57,955 nt of DNA, taken from IMG/VR virus record IMGVR_UViG_3300027733_000003, positions 1 to 57,955 of that record; one strand, given 5' to 3'. How positions within the stretch are numbered: the stretch's first letter is position 1; each line of letters starts with the position of its first letter. The position numbers and the translations under genes were made by a program. This DNA is from a virus. Its lineage: Duplodnaviria > Caudoviricetes. The notes beneath the pieces were generated by a model. The model saw only the letters and a program-made list of their open reading frames with translations, made no database searches and was not told where the DNA came from. Below are positions 47,720 through 56,975 of the stretch, piece after piece.

Positions 47720-47980
47720 ATGATGCACCGCAAATTCTATGCACGAAAGAACCCATGGGCGGCACATGGTGGACGCATGACCATACAGAAAGCATTCAGA
47801 CATTGGGTGCAACCACATAAAGCTGAGAAAGCATCCAGTATGTCGGCATGGCGGTATGAGCGTGAGCTTGCTTCATTCGATATGAACAAAGATCGCAATC
47901 GTTCAGCAGTTGGATTGGTGCGAGCATTCGGCTCACCAACATTCTTTAATGGTGCATACCGCAACGCAGAGAACGACTAG
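47720..47980 (+). CDS. Hypothetical basic protein
   Basis: 86-aa ORF in operon. Confidence 0.5.
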   Translation: MMHRKFYARKNPWAAHGGRMTIQKAFRHWVQPHKAEKASSMSAWRYERELASFDMNKDRNRSAVGLVRAFGSPTFFNGAYRNAEND

Positions 47981-48140
47981 CGCAGCAGGTGAGCTACCAG
48001 ACTACACAATCAAATCAAACACAAGCGTAGAACTTGTGACAACAGCAGTGGGCTAGGAAAAACACCTATCACAACTGCATATCACACGGCGATCCAAACG
48101 GCGTCGACTTCAAATCAAACTGTAACTTACTGAGGGACTT

Positions 48141-49145
48141 ATGAAATACTCCGACATCAAAAGCTCTGTACTGAGCAACTTCTCCATTGGCAACAAGCTT
48201 GTGCCCTTCATCAAGGGTAGGCCCGGCGGCGGTAAGAGTGCACTTGCACGTGATATCGTCAACTCTCTAGGTATTAACCCTGAGCGTGTGACCGAGTTCA
48301 ACCCAAGTCTGCGTGACCCTGTGGACATCATGGGTGTGCCACGCACGGACAACGACGTAGCCAAGTGGATACCAATGCCTGAGTTCTGGCGTATTCGTGA
48401 CGACGGCACTGACCAACCATGTGCCTTGATCGTGGAGGAATTGAGCGATGCGCCTGTCCCCATGCAGAACCCAATGTGCCGAGTCATCCTTGACCGGTAC
48501 GCGGGCGAACTTGGACTTCACAAAAAGCTGGTCATTATCGCCACAGGTAACCGAACCGAGGACAAGTCAGGTGCGAACCGCATGACTACCAAGCTGAGCA
48601 ATCGTATGCAGAACTTGGACTACGACGAGAACCTTGATGACTGGGTTAACTGGGCGCTAGATAAGGGGATACGCCTTGACCTGATTCAGTTTCTACGCTT
48701 CCGGCCCAACCTGTTGTCTGACTTCCAACCCAACCGAGAACTTAACCCGACTCCCCGTACATGGGAATTCGTGAATGAGGTCAACGCTAGCTTGCCAAGT
48801 GATCTGTACTTCGGCAACATCGCTGGTCTCGTCGGTGAGGGTGCGGCGGCTGAGTACACAGGCTTCAAGCGTATCTTTGAGAACTTGCCCAACATCGACG
48901 GCATCATCATGAACCCTGCCAAGGCTGAAGTCCCCAAGGACATGGCTGTGCTGTATGCCTTAACTGGTGCGCTAGCACACCGAGTGTCAGTGGACAACAT
49001 CGACCGAGTAGCTGAGTACATCAATCGTATGCCGCAGGACTTCCAAGTCATGTGCATGCTGGATGCTCAGACACTTGCCCCCAAGATTCGCAATACCAAG
49101 GCATATGTGCAGTGGACTGTGAAGAACGCCAACGTCTTAATGTAA
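48141..49145 (+). CDS. MoxR-like AAA+ ATPase
   Basis: GRPGGGKS, IVEE, ATGNR, LSNR, PTPRTW. Confidence 0.88.
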   Translation: MKYSDIKSSVLSNFSIGNKLVPFIKGRPGGGKSALARDIVNSLGINPERVTEFNPSLRDPVDIMGVPRTDNDVAKWIPMPEFWRIRDDGTDQPCALIVEELSDAPVPMQNPMCRVILDRYAGELGLHKKLVIIATGNRTEDKSGANRMTTKLSNRMQNLDYDENLDDWVNWALDKGIRLDLIQFLRFRPNLLSDFQPNRELNPTPRTWEFVNEVNASLPSDLYFGNIAGLVGEGAAAEYTGFKRIFENLPNIDGIIMNPAKAEVPKDMAVLYALTGALAHRVSVDNIDRVAEYINRMPQDFQVMCMLDAQTLAPKIRNTKAYVQWTVKNANVLM

Positions 49146-49155
49146 GGAGAACTTA

Positions 49156-50052
49156 ATGAAACTGACGACACTTGCTGAGAAAGCCGTACTGGTCAAGCTG
49201 ACCACACGCCGAGCCAACCTGACCAAGCGAGACACTATCGCAGAGGAATTTGTGCAGGAGGAACTGGGCGACACGTCGCTCATCGTTAACAAGAAGTTGT
49301 TTAGGGACGCAATGAACCCTGTCAACATACTGGTTAGCAAGATGAGTGAACCATACACCTATCACAAAACGCACACACTGCCATACGTTGACAAGGGGCC
49401 AAGGCTTCTACCAACTACACAGTATCTTGATTACACAGCGAACATGAGGCGTATCAATCAAGAGGTGGACACGATGAAGGCCAACGTCATGCCCAAGTAT
49501 GACCAGTATGTACAGCTTGACATCCAATCTCGCATCGCACGGGATGCAGGCAAAGCTAAGCCGCCAAAGTACATCGCCCCAAGCTTGGAAGACTACCCAA
49601 CGTCTGAACAGTTTGAGCAAGCGATAAGCACGACACTGGTGTTCTCACCATTGCCTGATGCACGACACTTCCTGTTTGATATCAGTGAAGAAGACATGGG
49701 ACAGTTCAACGATCAGATGGACGCAGTCTCACAACGCGCAAGGTCGGAGGTCATTAAACGCATGATGGAGCCGCTGAAGCACTTGGTGGACAAGCTCAAC
49801 AAGCCTATCGGTACTGAGGGACATATCTTCCGTGACTCTGCGGTTGAGAATGTGATCGAGGGTATCGACATGGCGAAGAAGCTCAACGTCAATGATGACC
49901 CTGACATCGTGGACATGGCGAACACCATCGGTGAGGCCATATCTAAGTACTCCACTAACGTGGACGTGTTGCGTGAGTCTCCTATTGTCCGGGAGCAGGC
50001 TGCGGCGAAGCTGGACTATATTGCACGACAGATGGGAGGTTTGTATCAATGA
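49156..50052 (+). CDS. DUF3150-like helical protein
   Basis: HKTHTLPYVDKGPRLLP, DYPT, IFRDSAVEN; position between MoxR and vWA genes. Confidence 0.65.
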   Translation: MKLTTLAEKAVLVKLTTRRANLTKRDTIAEEFVQEELGDTSLIVNKKLFRDAMNPVNILVSKMSEPYTYHKTHTLPYVDKGPRLLPTTQYLDYTANMRRINQEVDTMKANVMPKYDQYVQLDIQSRIARDAGKAKPPKYIAPSLEDYPTSEQFEQAISTTLVFSPLPDARHFLFDISEEDMGQFNDQMDAVSQRARSEVIKRMMEPLKHLVDKLNKPIGTEGHIFRDSAVENVIEGIDMAKKLNVNDDPDIVDMANTIGEAISKYSTNVDVLRESPIVREQAAAKLDYIARQMGGLYQ

Positions 50053-50252
50053 TCACATTCACGGAACTTGAGGTAGTACTCATCATCGGATGGGTGGTAA
50101 CAGTCTTTGCGTTCATGAACTTGAGCAAGAGGTTGACTATCAGCCGCAACAGAATGGGTGCAATGGACAGGCTTCTCCAAGAGATAGCCGACAAGAAGGT
50201 GCATATCGAGCGAGATAGCGACAACAACATCAACATAATAACACTGGAGTGA
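50049..50252 (+). CDS. Small single-TM protein
   Basis: N-terminal hydrophobic helix; GGAGG RBS. Confidence 0.65.
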   Translation: MITFTELEVVLIIGWVVTVFAFMNLSKRLTISRNRMGAMDRLLQEIADKKVHIERDSDNNINIITLE

Positions 50253-50255
50253 CAC

Positions 50256-51404
50256 ATGGCAACTAAACTGGAGAAAGCCAAGGCGCAGATCATTCTCGAT
50301 CATGCGTTCTTTGCATCAATACTACTCAAGCGTAAGCTGGTAGAGACACGCAAGATACCAACGCTAGCGGTAGATCAGAAGTCAACGATCTACTACAACC
50401 CTGACTTCATTGAAGGGCTACCTGTGCCACAGATAGTGTGGGGCTTGTGTCATGAGGTCGGTCACGTTATCGGTCAGCATGCTAGCCGCAAGGGTACACG
50501 ACAACACAAGAAGTGGAACTATGCTGGTGACGCATGGATTAACGACATGCTTGACTCATGCAAGATCGGTCAGCGTATTCCCAACTGTGTGGACATGGCA
50601 GGGTCTAAGGACTTGACTGTCGAGACTATCTACGACAACTTGCCTGATAACGGGGGCGGCGGTGGAGGTGGAGGTGGAGGTGGAGGTGGTCAGGGCGGAG
50701 GAGGTGACTTCGATATGGGTGACATCGGTGAAGACATCATCCAAGGTGATGGCGGTAAGCCTATGACTCAGGACGAGATCAACGAACACAACGCTGAGAT
50801 CAAGGTGCAGATCGCTGAAGCTGCGCAGGCAGCCAAGACACGTGGTGCATTAAGCGGTACGCTAGCTGGTATTGTGGCTGAGATTCTGGACGTCAAGACG
50901 CCTTGGTATGAAATCCTTGAGAAGCATTGTGTCAGTCGTGTCAATCAGGGTCAGACATGGCGCAGACCGAATCGTCGCTTTGAGGATGTGTACTTGCCAA
51001 GCGTAGACAAGCTGCCACAGATGGGAGAACTTGTCGTGCAGATCGACGTATCTGGATCGATCTCTAAGCAGGAGTTAGATCACTACTCAGGTCACCTATC
51101 ACGCATTGCTGAGCAGTGCAGACCGGAGAAAGTTCATGTCTTGTACACAGACACAGACGTCGTCAAGCACGTTGAGTTTGAATGTGGTGAGGAAGTCACC
51201 CTTGAGTTCTACTCAGGCGGTGGTACAGACATGCCAGCAGGATTTACCTACTGTGATGAGCATGGCATCAACCCCGACGTGTTCGTGTGTCTTACCGATG
51301 GTTATACAGACTTCGGTGAAGCGCAGAACTACCCAATCGTGTGGTGTATCAGCAGTGACATTGAAGCCCCTCACGGCGAGAATGTTCACTTCGAAATGGT
51401 GTGA
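50256..51404 (+). CDS. Metallopeptidase (DUF2201-like) plus vWA domain protein
   Basis: HEVGH, WNYAGD..IN, poly-Gly linker, MIDAS DVSGS, GGGTD, LTDG. Confidence 0.88.
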   Translation: MATKLEKAKAQIILDHAFFASILLKRKLVETRKIPTLAVDQKSTIYYNPDFIEGLPVPQIVWGLCHEVGHVIGQHASRKGTRQHKKWNYAGDAWINDMLDSCKIGQRIPNCVDMAGSKDLTVETIYDNLPDNGGGGGGGGGGGGGQGGGGDFDMGDIGEDIIQGDGGKPMTQDEINEHNAEIKVQIAEAAQAAKTRGALSGTLAGIVAEILDVKTPWYEILEKHCVSRVNQGQTWRRPNRRFEDVYLPSVDKLPQMGELVVQIDVSGSISKQELDHYSGHLSRIAEQCRPEKVHVLYTDTDVVKHVEFECGEEVTLEFYSGGGTDMPAGFTYCDEHGINPDVFVCLTDGYTDFGEAQNYPIVWCISSDIEAPHGENVHFEMV

Positions 51405-51604
51405 TTACCTTTAAAGAAAGCGTGGCATGGGGCTGGATTATGAAAGACTCGACCAGACCCCATACCGTCGCCAGAATATACGCGTACTGGGAAAAAGGTA
51501 AACCACAGAAGCTATATCGTGCTGAAGTACTCGATTGCGAAATCATGGTGTTCGACACACTTGAAGAAGCAAAAGCGTGGGCGGCGATGGCGCTCAGAAT
51601 TTAA
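51401..51604 (+). CDS. Hypothetical protein
   Basis: FDTLEEAKAW motif; GTGA coupling. Confidence 0.6.
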   Translation: MITFKESVAWGWIMKDSTRPHTVARIYAYWEKGKPQKLYRAEVLDCEIMVFDTLEEAKAWAAMALRI

Positions 51605-51616
51605 TCAGGAGGAGGT

Positions 51617-52015
51617 ATGAGACTTACTAAATACGCCATCATGATAATACGTGAGCGAACCAAAGAAATTGAAGCGTTAACCAAAGGCATGGCTCGCATG
51701 GGGGCGTTTGATGATCTTGTAAAACACAGGATGAAATATAAAACACCACCCCAACCTAAGTTCTCTGATATCAATTTAGATGATCTTAAAGGCGACGATG
51801 CCCGTATGGTTGTCATTGCTGGACTTCACAACGTGCCAACGCCGAACATGAGTTACTTCAAAGACGGCACATGGGAACAACGTACCGCAGAACAACAACG
51901 TAAAGTGTTGCTCAACACAGCAGTAGAGAAGGGATTGGATTTATTCAGAAAAGAATTACGTAAAAACATGGAGAATGGTTATGTCAAGATGCCAGCTAAA
52001 CCACGAAACACTTGA
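51617..52015 (+). CDS. Hypothetical protein
   Basis: AGGAGGAGG RBS; 132 aa. Confidence 0.7.
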   Translation: MRLTKYAIMIIRERTKEIEALTKGMARMGAFDDLVKHRMKYKTPPQPKFSDINLDDLKGDDARMVVIAGLHNVPTPNMSYFKDGTWEQRTAEQQRKVLLNTAVEKGLDLFRKELRKNMENGYVKMPAKPRNT

Positions 52016-52550
52016 GAAGTATCGCTACGTTAACGTAGAGGATGTTGAATGGTGGGAATATATTTTTTCTGACTTTGAAGAAGACATGCGTAAGCATGGA
52101 GTCAAGGTTGACCAAATATACTTCAGCGGTTTTTGGAGCCAAGGTGATGGTGCATGTTTCGATGGGAGTGTCCAAGATTGGGGTTTGTATCTATTGCACC
52201 TAGGGTACGACGACCAGATACTCACATCCCTTGCGAACCAAACATGGTGGGGTAACTGGGAACGTAGAGGGCGCTACTCTCATGAGAACAGTGTATTGAT
52301 CGACAGTGATTTGCACATGGGTGAGAACCCATATTGTTCGACTTCAGATGGGCTTAGGCATGATGCGTGGCAACACAAGATTCACACCTATGACTTCCTT
52401 GCGATACATGAGGAGATTGAGAAGAACTTGAGGGGGCACATGAATGATTTGTACGACAAACTTAGAAAGGAGTATGACCACTTAATAACGGATGAAGCAG
52501 TAATTGAATGGCTTGAATTTAACAACAAATTAACTGAACTGGAGATTTAA
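51981..52550 (+). CDS. Conserved phage early protein
   Basis: WWE..., IYFSGFWSQGDGACF, GRYSHE, LRKEYDHL. Confidence 0.75.
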   Translation: MSRCQLNHETLEKYRYVNVEDVEWWEYIFSDFEEDMRKHGVKVDQIYFSGFWSQGDGACFDGSVQDWGLYLLHLGYDDQILTSLANQTWWGNWERRGRYSHENSVLIDSDLHMGENPYCSTSDGLRHDAWQHKIHTYDFLAIHEEIEKNLRGHMNDLYDKLRKEYDHLITDEAVIEWLEFNNKLTELEI

Positions 52551-52551
52551 C

Positions 52552-53208
52552 ATGGCATACGTAGCAATCAGCGGAAACTTAGTAGCATCAGTCAAGAACC
52601 ACATGGACATGATGCACGACAAAGACAAGAGATCGATTCCTGAGGTAGACGGCACACTTGATATCAATACAGTCCCGAACGATATCATGGACAAAGTGTG
52701 GGGGGAGCATATGCACCTTGCAAATCAAATGCCGCAAGAGTGGAAGAAATACAAAGACGAGGTAGAACTCAGAGTTGATATACCACGTGGAGATGGTACG
52801 TCTTACAAGATAGACCGCACTATGAGACTTGTTGGTGGCATCCATATGATGTGCCCACCGGATACGCCTAACTATGGGTTTCGTATCCAAGTACCCGCCG
52901 ACCATGAATTGATGGCAGAGTATGTTGCGTATCAAATTCAAGTCGACGAAGTCAAACAGCGATGGAACAAAGTTTCAACAGAGATAGTCAAGTTCTTAAA
53001 GAACTGCAAGTCACTCAATGAAGCGTTGAAGCTCTGGCCAGATGTTCGCATCTACATACCCAAAGAGTTCATTGATCGTGTGGAGCATAAGGCTGAACGT
53101 AGTGCGGCTACATCCACAGCGTTAGATGTACTGAAGTCCATAGACACAGACGGTGCAGTTGCGGCGGCAGTTGGTGCACGTTTGGCAGCAGCACGGAGTC
53201 AATCATGA
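52552..53208 (+). CDS. Nmad5-like protein
   Basis: LKNCKSLNEALKLWPD resembles the Nmad5 core; GGAG RBS. Confidence 0.5.
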   Translation: MAYVAISGNLVASVKNHMDMMHDKDKRSIPEVDGTLDINTVPNDIMDKVWGEHMHLANQMPQEWKKYKDEVELRVDIPRGDGTSYKIDRTMRLVGGIHMMCPPDTPNYGFRIQVPADHELMAEYVAYQIQVDEVKQRWNKVSTEIVKFLKNCKSLNEALKLWPDVRIYIPKEFIDRVEHKAERSAATSTALDVLKSIDTDGAVAAAVGARLAAARSQS

Positions 53209-53351
53209 ATGAAGGCATCTTGGAATCTATTGAGAAACGCCTGATTCGTATTGAGTCACGACTTGTTCAGTTGATGCTCCACATGGGGCTTGACCCCTAT
53301 GCGCAATCGTACGAAACAGAACAACCCACCTATCACAAACGGAGTAGCTAA
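53205..53351 (+). CDS. Small hypothetical protein (48 aa; not in ORF track)
   Basis: MNEGILESIEKRLIRIESRLVQLM; GGAG RBS. Confidence 0.6.
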   Translation: MNEGILESIEKRLIRIESRLVQLMLHMGLDPYAQSYETEQPTYHKRSS

Positions 53352-53677
53352 TGGCAATTTCAAATTCTATATTTAATTCGGCACAACAATCCTCTGGATT
53401 TACTAATATACCTATTGGCAACGGCGGTATTGGTTCATCGATTGGCAACGGCGCTATTTCAAGTACTGCGATGCACCAAACCGCACATTATCAATCTGAA
53501 ATGACGGTCGACCATAACAAACAAACAAACATCCGAATCACCCACGTGGAGAACGGGTTCATTGTTGAGGTTGGTAGTGAAGCATTACTCATTAGGAAGT
53601 ACGTCGCCAAAGACATGGATGAGGTACGTGACCTAATCACAAGTGACATGGTCACACAACGTATGGAAGGAAAGTAA
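53351..53677 (+). CDS. Hypothetical protein
   Basis: ITHVENGFIV motif; GGAG RBS. Confidence 0.65.
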   Translation: MAISNSIFNSAQQSSGFTNIPIGNGGIGSSIGNGAISSTAMHQTAHYQSEMTVDHNKQTNIRITHVENGFIVEVGSEALLIRKYVAKDMDEVRDLITSDMVTQRMEGK

Positions 53678-53679
53678 TC

Positions 53680-54180
53680 ATGCCAGACTTAAAGACTGAA
53701 CTTATGAAACTCGACAACCTAGTATTTGATGACGATGCACAGCCACAAGCTCAGGAAGTTATCGTGCATACAACAGACGACAAACCAACAAGCATGATGG
53801 AAGTTATTTGGAAACACATCAAGGCAAACCCTGCGGCTAACTATAGAGAAATCTGTAAAGCCCTTGGAAAGTCACAGTCCGATGTATCGACCCGTCTGAC
53901 TCAGATGTACCACAGTGGCAAGCTCACACGTAACGCCAAGGATGGGATATATCAATGGTACGTTACTGGGGACAACTACAACAAGCATGTGCGTGGGTTA
54001 AAAACAGATACTCGTAAGAGCAAGGTAGCAAAGAAAGTTAAGGCTGTAGTTAAGGCTGCGGCCCCCCGGGTAGAGACTAAGTACCCAACTAAGTACGACG
54101 TTAACGAGTTGCTTAGTACGATGTCTATCGTTGAGGCCCGTGCTCTATACGACAAGCTCAAAGCCTTGTTCGGAGGTTGA
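53680..54180 (+). CDS. Winged-HTH DNA-binding protein
   Basis: IWKHIKANP..NYREICKALGKSQSDVSTRLTQMYHSGKLTR. Confidence 0.7.
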   Translation: MPDLKTELMKLDNLVFDDDAQPQAQEVIVHTTDDKPTSMMEVIWKHIKANPAANYREICKALGKSQSDVSTRLTQMYHSGKLTRNAKDGIYQWYVTGDNYNKHVRGLKTDTRKSKVAKKVKAVVKAAAPRVETKYPTKYDVNELLSTMSIVEARALYDKLKALFGG

Positions 54181-54294
54181 CCATGTGGGACGTACTGGTA
54201 ACCTTACTGCTCATGTTCTTTGGCGCACTGGTTGTAGTTGTCGGCGGTGCAGTGTTTGTGTGGACAATCTTTCATTTGCAAAACGGAGGTGAGG

Positions 54295-54525
54295 ATGATT
54301 AAAGACCCAAGAATTCCTGATCAACAAGGGTTTATGGCAGTTTCGCCAAGTGACCCTAACCCCCGAGGTATGTTGTATTTCACAGAGGCGTCAGCACTTA
54401 ACCAGAAGGTAGCCATGGATGCCTTGCGGGAGAAGTATCCAGAAGGCTGGAACACTGAGTATTGGAAAGAAAAGCCTGAACCTTGGCAAGTTTTTAAATT
54501 AACAATCAGCGAAAGAATTGCATGA
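54295..54525 (+). CDS. Hypothetical protein
   Basis: GGAGGTGAGG RBS before ATG 54295. Confidence 0.6.
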   Translation: MIKDPRIPDQQGFMAVSPSDPNPRGMLYFTEASALNQKVAMDALREKYPEGWNTEYWKEKPEPWQVFKLTISERIA

Positions 54526-54685
54526 CTGAATTTAATAAACCAACAGAGCCGAAGACACAGCAACAGGTCTACGATGAGTTGCGCAATGGTGTGATTGAAG
54601 AAGTGGCAATGGCAATGGAGCGTATGAAAGGCTTTGGCACTGACACGATTGATTCGTTGACTGTTTACATCAGGGAGATGAAGAA

Positions 54686-54868
54686 ATGAAAATGAGGGTG
54701 AGGCGTATCAAGCAAACACGCCATTGTTTACAAGGCTGGTTTGAAGCAGGTTTTTTGGCTAGAGAAAAACGCAACAAAGAAAATCGTAGGTTACTGCGTG
54801 AGAGATACATGCGTGGTGACTATGTGGTTATCGACGGCGAAGCTTGGATGAAAGATTTAAAATTATGA
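54686..54868 (+). CDS. Small basic hypothetical protein
   Basis: ATGA coupling, GGAG RBS. Confidence 0.5.
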   Translation: MKMRVRRIKQTRHCLQGWFEAGFLAREKRNKENRRLLRERYMRGDYVVIDGEAWMKDLKL

Positions 54869-55149
54869 ACATTGAAGACCAAAAATTCTTATCCGAGGTA
54901 GCGCATCGTTCCAAAGACCCAGTGATGATGCAAAGCATTGTCTTGTCTGCAATCAATGGTATGAAACGTGGCGCTGAAGAAGTTCGCTCTCATGCTGTTG
55001 ACATGGAAACAGTGGCAAGCATGGCATTAAACACACGCTTGTTCAAAGGCAATGAGACATTCATAGCTGACAAGCTGGAGAAGTGGAAACACATGAACAG
55101 CAATCGTTGGGATGCTCAAATAGAAAGACTGCGGGAGAAAGCAAAATGA
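54865..55149 (+). CDS. Hypothetical protein
   Basis: ATGA coupling. Confidence 0.6.
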   Translation: MNIEDQKFLSEVAHRSKDPVMMQSIVLSAINGMKRGAEEVRSHAVDMETVASMALNTRLFKGNETFIADKLEKWKHMNSNRWDAQIERLREKAK

Positions 55150-55370
55150 ATAACCCACCACTAGTTCCAGTGGAGCGACCTGACTTTGAGTTTCGCTGGC
55201 TGCTCAATGAGAAAGACTACGAACATACAAGACATGTGTTTGAGGAATACGTGAAGACACAGCTTGGTACGCCACCAGTGCGGGATGGGGACAAGTACCT
55301 ATTTGAAAAGCATGAAGTCTATTGGCGTGTGTGGCAAGCCGCTTATCGTTCAAAGGGGTTCTACGCATGA
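55146..55370 (+). CDS. Hypothetical protein (WxxWQAA motif)
   Basis: GGAG RBS; FEEY...WRVWQAA. Confidence 0.6.
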   Translation: MNNPPLVPVERPDFEFRWLLNEKDYEHTRHVFEEYVKTQLGTPPVRDGDKYLFEKHEVYWRVWQAAYRSKGFYA

Positions 55371-55621
55371 ACAAGAGATGTAAGCACATTGGGAAAGATG
55401 GATTCCACAGATGCGGAAGCTATGCTTTTAATTTAGAAAAAGATGACATTGACCAAGGTGACTTGTGCGATGTTCACTATTGGCAAAAGAGAGCGTTGGA
55501 AGCAGTGAACATTGAGCGTGAAGCCTGTGCTGTTGCTTGTGAACAAGAGCAAGAATATTGGGGTTGGGACAAGGTTTTTGATGCCGCAAAACTTATCAGA
55601 GCCAGAGGAGAACAAGCATGA
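55367..55621 (+). CDS. Small protein ending EREACA...IRARG
   Basis: Cys/His N-terminus; shared C-terminal module. Confidence 0.7.
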   Translation: MNKRCKHIGKDGFHRCGSYAFNLEKDDIDQGDLCDVHYWQKRALEAVNIEREACAVACEQEQEYWGWDKVFDAAKLIRARGEQA

Positions 55622-55911
55622 CACAAGATGAAATCATTGATTTGGCTACTGAGGCTGGATTGGCTTACAACCATGATGACTATCCAGACATTTGGGATAC
55701 CTACATGAATGTTGGGCGTGAAGAAATTATGGTTTTTGCCAAACTGGTAGTCGCTAAAGAACGTGAAGCCTGTGCAAAGCTAGCTGGAGAATTTGCTCAA
55801 AAGTGGTGGTCGATTCACTGTGACAGCAATAAGCACATGGAAACAACCCGCAAGGCGCATGATGATTTTTGTGCTTTACAAGTCGCCATCAGAGCCAGAG
55901 GTGAAGCATGA
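55618..55911 (+). CDS. Small protein ending EREACA...IRARG
   Basis: MTQDEII.LA.EAG; shared C-terminal module. Confidence 0.7.
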   Translation: MTQDEIIDLATEAGLAYNHDDYPDIWDTYMNVGREEIMVFAKLVVAKEREACAKLAGEFAQKWWSIHCDSNKHMETTRKAHDDFCALQVAIRARGEA

Positions 55912-56135
55912 TTGAAGCAGAACAAATCATGAAACGGTGTCAGGCTGGCACACGCAATTACGAAGAAGCAAACAATCTTCATGCGGCATGTTATGGAATG
56001 ATTGGAAAGCTGTTGGCACAGCGCACGTGGGTTGACTTAACCCAACAAGAACTTGACGAATTAGATGAACAAAGCCCATCACTACATGATTTTGTTCAAA
56101 ATTTAATGTCCAAACTCAAGGAGAAGAACACATGA
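55908..56135 (+). CDS. Small protein ending QRTWVDLT...KLKEKN
   Basis: Shared C-terminal module with the next gene. Confidence 0.7.
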   Translation: MIEAEQIMKRCQAGTRNYEEANNLHAACYGMIGKLLAQRTWVDLTQQELDELDEQSPSLHDFVQNLMSKLKEKNT

Positions 56136-56359
56136 CAACAGCCTACAACCGTATTGACCGCTTTTTGCGGAAAAACCTCAATGACGATGACTATCCAGCA
56201 TATAAAGAAGAACTAGATGCGTTATGCCAAGCAAAGTTACAGCGCACATGGGTTGATCTGACACCACAGGACTACGCCGAGATATTTAGAACCGCCCGAA
56301 GCGTTGACTACGCCGCTCGACTTGCCGCCACCAAACTCAAGGAGAAGAACAATGCTTGA
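56132..56359 (+). CDS. Small protein ending QRTWVDLT...KLKEKN
   Basis: Shared C-terminal module with the previous gene. Confidence 0.7.
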   Translation: MTTAYNRIDRFLRKNLNDDDYPAYKEELDALCQAKLQRTWVDLTPQDYAEIFRTARSVDYAARLAATKLKEKNNA

Positions 56360-56513
56360 AATGATTAGAACATTCTGGGGTAAGGTGCGTGGACTACATG
56401 GTGAACGTAGAACAATCGTAGAGCAGGGGCTGGTGTACAGATGCACCAAGTGCCATTTAATTTTCATAACCAAAATAGCGGGGGAGCAACATGAGTGCCG
56501 TGAACGCATTTAA
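56352..56513 (+). CDS. Small zinc-finger-like protein
   Basis: YRCTKCHLIF...EQHEC; AAGGAG RBS. Confidence 0.6.
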   Translation: MLEMIRTFWGKVRGLHGERRTIVEQGLVYRCTKCHLIFITKIAGEQHECRERI

Positions 56514-56763
56514 CTGGAAAGAATACACAGATGAGGAACATGCAAAGAAGGGCGGGGCAAGACTGGGGTCTGGTAGGAAGATACCCAACGTAGATATGCG
56601 TAGAGCCATGGCTATGCTGAATGAAGGACTGACCAAAAAAGAAATTGCCAACAGGTTTGACATCCCGTACAAATCAATGCTGACGCTATTCAAGAACGTG
56701 GGTGCGCAAGAATCACGTGGCCCATACGAATGGACAGGTAAATACAAAGGAACAAAGAAATGA
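56491..56763 (+). CDS. HTH DNA-binding protein
   Basis: GGAR.GSGRK then LNEGLTKKEIANRFDIPYKS. Confidence 0.7.
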   Translation: MSAVNAFNWKEYTDEEHAKKGGARLGSGRKIPNVDMRRAMAMLNEGLTKKEIANRFDIPYKSMLTLFKNVGAQESRGPYEWTGKYKGTKK

Positions 56764-56975
56764 CTGACTTAGTAAATCACCCCGACCACTACAAAGTTGG
56801 CGGCATTGAAACCATTGACTTCATTGAGGCCAAGAAGCTTAACTACAACATGGGCAACGCTGTGAAGTACATCAGTCGAGCCGAATATAAAGGCAACAAG
56901 CGGCAGGACTTGGAAAAAGCCATTTGGTATATCAACAGAGAACTGGGCAAACTTAATGAAAACAATAACGCTTGA
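56760..56975 (+). CDS. DUF3310 (SaV/T7 gp1.7-like) protein
   Basis: VNHPDHY..GGIETIDFI...GNAVKYISRA..KG...DLEKAIWY. Confidence 0.88.
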   Translation: MTDLVNHPDHYKVGGIETIDFIEAKKLNYNMGNAVKYISRAEYKGNKRQDLEKAIWYINRELGKLNENNNA

